Origin: Pseudomonadota bacterium | GTDB taxonomy: Bacteria > Desulfobacterota > Anaeroferrophillalia > Anaeroferrophillales > Tharpellaceae | DNA: 64,000 nt | Direction: 5' to 3' | Assembly: GCA_011049115.1 (NCBI GenBank) | Contig: DSCM01000102.1 | Coordinates: 174-64,173, forward strand | Shown here: positions 61,188-64,000 of the stretch, one piece after another | Position numbering within the stretch: the stretch's first letter is position 1 | How the letters are laid out: each line of letters begins with the position of its first letter | Position numbers and translations under genes: made by a program | The notes under the pieces: generated by a model | Told to the model about the DNA's origin: nothing | Database searches by the model: none | Seen by the model: the letters and a program-made list of their open reading frames with translations, nothing else

Positions 61188-63047
61188 TCAGGGTTGCAAA
61201 CTCCACCAGGTCATCAGCCCGAGACCGTAGCGGGGCACGGTCTCGGGCTGGGCGAATTTATTCCAGTAGGCGATGCGAAAGGTGCTGATATGCCAGTGCG
61301 GCAGCACGTAAAACCCCCACTGCAACACTCGGTCCAGGGCCCGCACCCGGTTAACCAGACTGCGTCGATCTTCAGCCTGAATCAGCGCTTCAACCAGAGC
61401 GTCGACCACCGGATCCTTGATCCCGGCCAGGTTGCGACTGCCGAAAACCTCGGCAGCCTCCGAATGCCAGTAGTTGCGTTGTTCGTTGCCGGGAGAAAGG
61501 GACTGACCAAAACTCCAGACGACCATATCAAAATCAAATTCGCGCACGCGATTAAGATACTGAGCCGTATCAATGACCCGGACCACGGTTTCAATACCGA
61601 GGCGCTCAAGATTTTTTTTAAAAGGCAGGACAATCCGCTCAAAGGCGGGAGAGGTCAACATGATCTCAAAGACAAAAGGTTTGCCCTTTTGATCGACCAG
61701 TTTACGATCGACAACCCGCCAGCCGGCAAGTTCCAGCAGGGCCGCAGCCTGCCTGAGATTGGCCCGCAGGGACGCCGGAGGCGTGGTGGTCGGCAGCCGA
61801 TAGCTGTCGCTAAAAACCTCGGCCGGCAGTTGCGGCCGAAAAGGCTCAAGCAGGGCCATTTCGGCCGCTGACGGCGGACCGACCGCGGCCAATTCGGAAT
61901 TGCTGAAATAACTCTGCGTGCGCTGATATTGATTGTAAAAGAGATTCTTGTTACTCCACTCAAAATCAAAGGCGTAAATCAGAGCTTCACGAACCCGGCG
62001 ATCGGCAAACAACGACCGCCGGGTATTGAAAACAAAACCCTGCATGCCCTGGGGAATCTCATGGGCGATCTCTTTTTTTATAATCCTGCCGCTATCAAAT
62101 TGCGGCCCCTGATAAAGAGTGGCCCAGTTTTTGGAAACATTTTCGTGGCGAAAATCGTATTCTCCGGCCTTGAAAGCCTCCAGGGCGACGGTGGCGTCGC
62201 GGTAATAGTCAAAAACCAGAAGATCGAAATTATAGCGTCCCGAAGTAACCGGCAGATCCGCCCCCCAATAATCCTTGACCCTTTCATAGGTGACCGACTT
62301 GCCGGGAACAAAGTCTTTCAGACGATAAGGACCGCTGCCGAGCGGCACCGTCAGATCGGCCACGTCAAATTCCTTGTCCCGCCAGAAATGTCGGGGCAGA
62401 ATCTCTAGCTGGCCGACGATCAGGGGCAATTCTGAGTTTTTGCCATCCTTGAAAGTGAATTTGACCCGGTGTTGGTCCAGGGCTGCGACGCCGGTTACGT
62501 CGGCGTAATAGCGCTTGTACATGGGTTGACCTTTTTGCAGCAGCAATTCAAAGGTAAAAACCACGTCTTCGGCCGTCACCGGTGAACCGTCATGAAAGCG
62601 GGCTTGCGGACGCAGGTCAAAAATCACGAAACTGCGGTCCGCAGCCAGCTCAACCTTTTCCGCCAGCAGACCGTACTGACTGAAAGGTTCATCCTCGGCC
62701 GCGGCCATCAGGGTATCGTAAATCATACCGATACCGGCCGCCGCCACCCCTTTCAGAATATGGTCATTGAAGCTGTCAAAGGTGCCGATCACCGCCTGGC
62801 ACAGCCGGCCGCCTTTAGGCGCCTTCGGGTTGACGTAGGTAAAATGGGTGAATTCAGGGCCATATTTGAGTTCGCCATGCAGAGCCAGACCATGACTGGT
62901 ACTGGTGGCCGCGGCCGCGCTCAGACGCGGCCCGGACGGAAAAAGCCAGGACAACAGCCCGATAAAAAAACCTCCCCAAACCAACACTTTTCGCTTGACC
63001 GGCACCGGCAACTCCATTCCAAATAAAACAAAAAGATAAGCCGTCAA
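61188..63047 (-). CDS. yejA: Extracellular solute-binding protein family 5 (YejA-like periplasmic peptide-binding protein)
   Basis: 619 aa with a signal peptide and SBP_bac_5 architecture. Heads the yejA-B-E gene string. Confidence 0.8.
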   Translation of the reverse strand: MTAYLFVLFGMELPVPVKRKVLVWGGFFIGLLSWLFPSGPRLSAAAATSTSHGLALHGELKYGPEFTHFTYVNPKAPKGGRLCQAVIGTFDSFNDHILKGVAAAGIGMIYDTLMAAAEDEPFSQYGLLAEKVELAADRSFVIFDLRPQARFHDGSPVTAEDVVFTFELLLQKGQPMYKRYYADVTGVAALDQHRVKFTFKDGKNSELPLIVGQLEILPRHFWRDKEFDVADLTVPLGSGPYRLKDFVPGKSVTYERVKDYWGADLPVTSGRYNFDLLVFDYYRDATVALEAFKAGEYDFRHENVSKNWATLYQGPQFDSGRIIKKEIAHEIPQGMQGFVFNTRRSLFADRRVREALIYAFDFEWSNKNLFYNQYQRTQSYFSNSELAAVGPPSAAEMALLEPFRPQLPAEVFSDSYRLPTTTPPASLRANLRQAAALLELAGWRVVDRKLVDQKGKPFVFEIMLTSPAFERIVLPFKKNLERLGIETVVRVIDTAQYLNRVREFDFDMVVWSFGQSLSPGNEQRNYWHSEAAEVFGSRNLAGIKDPVVDALVEALIQAEDRRSLVNRVRALDRVLQWGFYVLPHWHISTFRIAYWNKFAQPETVPRYGLGLMTWWSLQP

Positions 63048-63356
63048 AAAACTACCTCGGAAATAGCCCTAGCACAGTCGGCAGGGACTGTCCAGCGGGC
63101 TTTAAAACAATTCTTGACTTTAAAACATATTTTTGCAACTATTCAGCGCAGTTGCTATCAGCCTGTTTAAAGACTTGAAAACCATGAAAATCGCAGGGAA
63201 ATCGGGATGGCGAATTTCCCTCTGGTTTTCCGGGTCAACTGGACGGTTACGTATTTTTTTTAAGATAACAAGCTCATTGAAATTGAATTCGGCGTTATAC
63301 AGAGCACTGAAAAACTAAGCATAACAATTTATAGATAAATCATCAATTATTTTTCA

Positions 63357-63629
63357 ATGAAAAAATGGCGGGTCTACATGCTGCGTTGCAGCGACGGTTC
63401 CCTTTATACCGGCATCACTAATGATCTGGTTTCACGCTTGCGGGCGCATCACGAAAAAAAGGGGGCCCGCTATACGCGTTCGCGCCTGCCGGCGGAGCTG
63501 GTCTATTGGGAGGAAGCCGGAGACCGCAGTTTTGCCAGCCGCCGGGAAGTTGCGCTCAAGAAGTTGTCTCGTAAAAGAAAACTTGAACTTATCGCCGCGC
63601 GTCAGTTTCCACCCAAGCAGTCGGGCTGA
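63357..63629 (+). CDS. GIY-YIG nuclease-superfamily small protein (YhbQ/UPF0213-like)
   Basis: VYMLRCSDGSLYTGITNDLVSRLRAH GIY-YIG core. 90 aa. Confidence 0.75.
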   Translation: MKKWRVYMLRCSDGSLYTGITNDLVSRLRAHHEKKGARYTRSRLPAELVYWEEAGDRSFASRREVALKKLSRKRKLELIAARQFPPKQSG

Positions 63630-63680
63630 GGTCCAGCGAAAACACCGTTCGAACTCTTTGGTCTGGTGCGAGAGACACTC

Positions 63681-64000
63681 CATGAAAACCTCAAAACCTA
63701 GGCTCTTATGCCGTTTTCTCCTGATTTATTCCATTCTGTCTGGTGTTTCGGCGTTTATGGCGGAAAACTCGGCCGCCACCTTCCTCTCCGCGGCCGAGCA
63801 GCAATGGCTTAAGGAAAAGAAAGAAATCGTTTTCATCAGTCAAACGCTTTATCCCCCCTTCGAGTTTATCGCCGCCGACAACAATCGAAAAGGCATGTGT
63901 ATCGAGCTGGTCTCCTGGATCGCCACGGAACTTGGTTTTAAGGCCGTCTTTCAGGACGCTTCTTTTGCCGAGGCCCAGGCCGCGGTCCTCGACGGGCGGG
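63681..64000 (+). CDS. Partial: signal peptide plus N-terminal solute-binding-protein family 3 domain (probably the sensor domain of a signal-transduction protein). Runs off the window
   Basis: ATG at 63681, signal peptide LLCRFLLIYSILSGVSAFMA and SBP_bac_3-like start (IVFISQTLYPPFEF). Confidence 0.5.

Noticed and set aside
1-64000. CRISPR arrays, IS elements, integrases and phage genes
   Set aside because: No direct-repeat/spacer periodicity, no transposase or integrase-like translations, and no terminal inverted repeats were seen. The only large repeat is the kinase paralog duplication.

Overview
This 64-kb window reads as a chromosomal segment from a deltaproteobacterium-like genome (Desulfuromonadales/Geobacter-type gene content, about 55% GC). 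It carries roughly 55 protein genes and no rRNA, tRNA or CRISPR that I could recognise. The housekeeping backbone is: flavodiiron protein, hemE, thrC, ubiB, galE, pdxJ-acpS, coaBC, UDG family 4, aroG-pheA, alaS-recX-pilT-recA-pgpA, a Ca/Mg-type P-type ATPase, and a yejABEF-type peptide ABC transporter.

The items worth a second look, in window order:
(1) A HesB/IscA-like selenoprotein gene with an in-frame UGA at the position of the conserved IscA Cys35, followed by a small GGUC-loop hairpin.
(2) A second in-frame UGA inside an FAD/NAD(P)-dependent pyridine nucleotide-disulfide oxidoreductase next to yejF.
(3) A classic ribosome-mediated attenuator upstream of aroG-pheA: a 24-codon leader peptide MVRPVSLSCFFWFYFSNDKERFAR followed by two tandem intrinsic terminators.
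(4) A minus-strand envelope cluster of lytic transglycosylase, an ExbD/TolR-like protein, a MotA/ExbB-like proton channel and four unknown membrane, periplasmic or lipoprotein genes. Divergently transcribed from it is a sigma-28-like sigma factor, a ZAS-type anti-sigma factor and a membrane-anchored protein with a Lon-like S16 peptidase domain. This is the best candidate for an undescribed system in the window.
(5) A tandem array of three paralogous hybrid sensor kinases inserted between yejE and yejF. Two of them are disrupted only by in-frame TAG/TAA codons (two of the five verified against flanking Gln/CAG context) and two compensating frameshifts, so they are either decaying paralogs or a sequence-quality problem.
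(6) A CheY-like response regulator broken by a homopolymer frameshift.

All protein family assignments come from motifs read by eye in the supplied translations. No database search was run.
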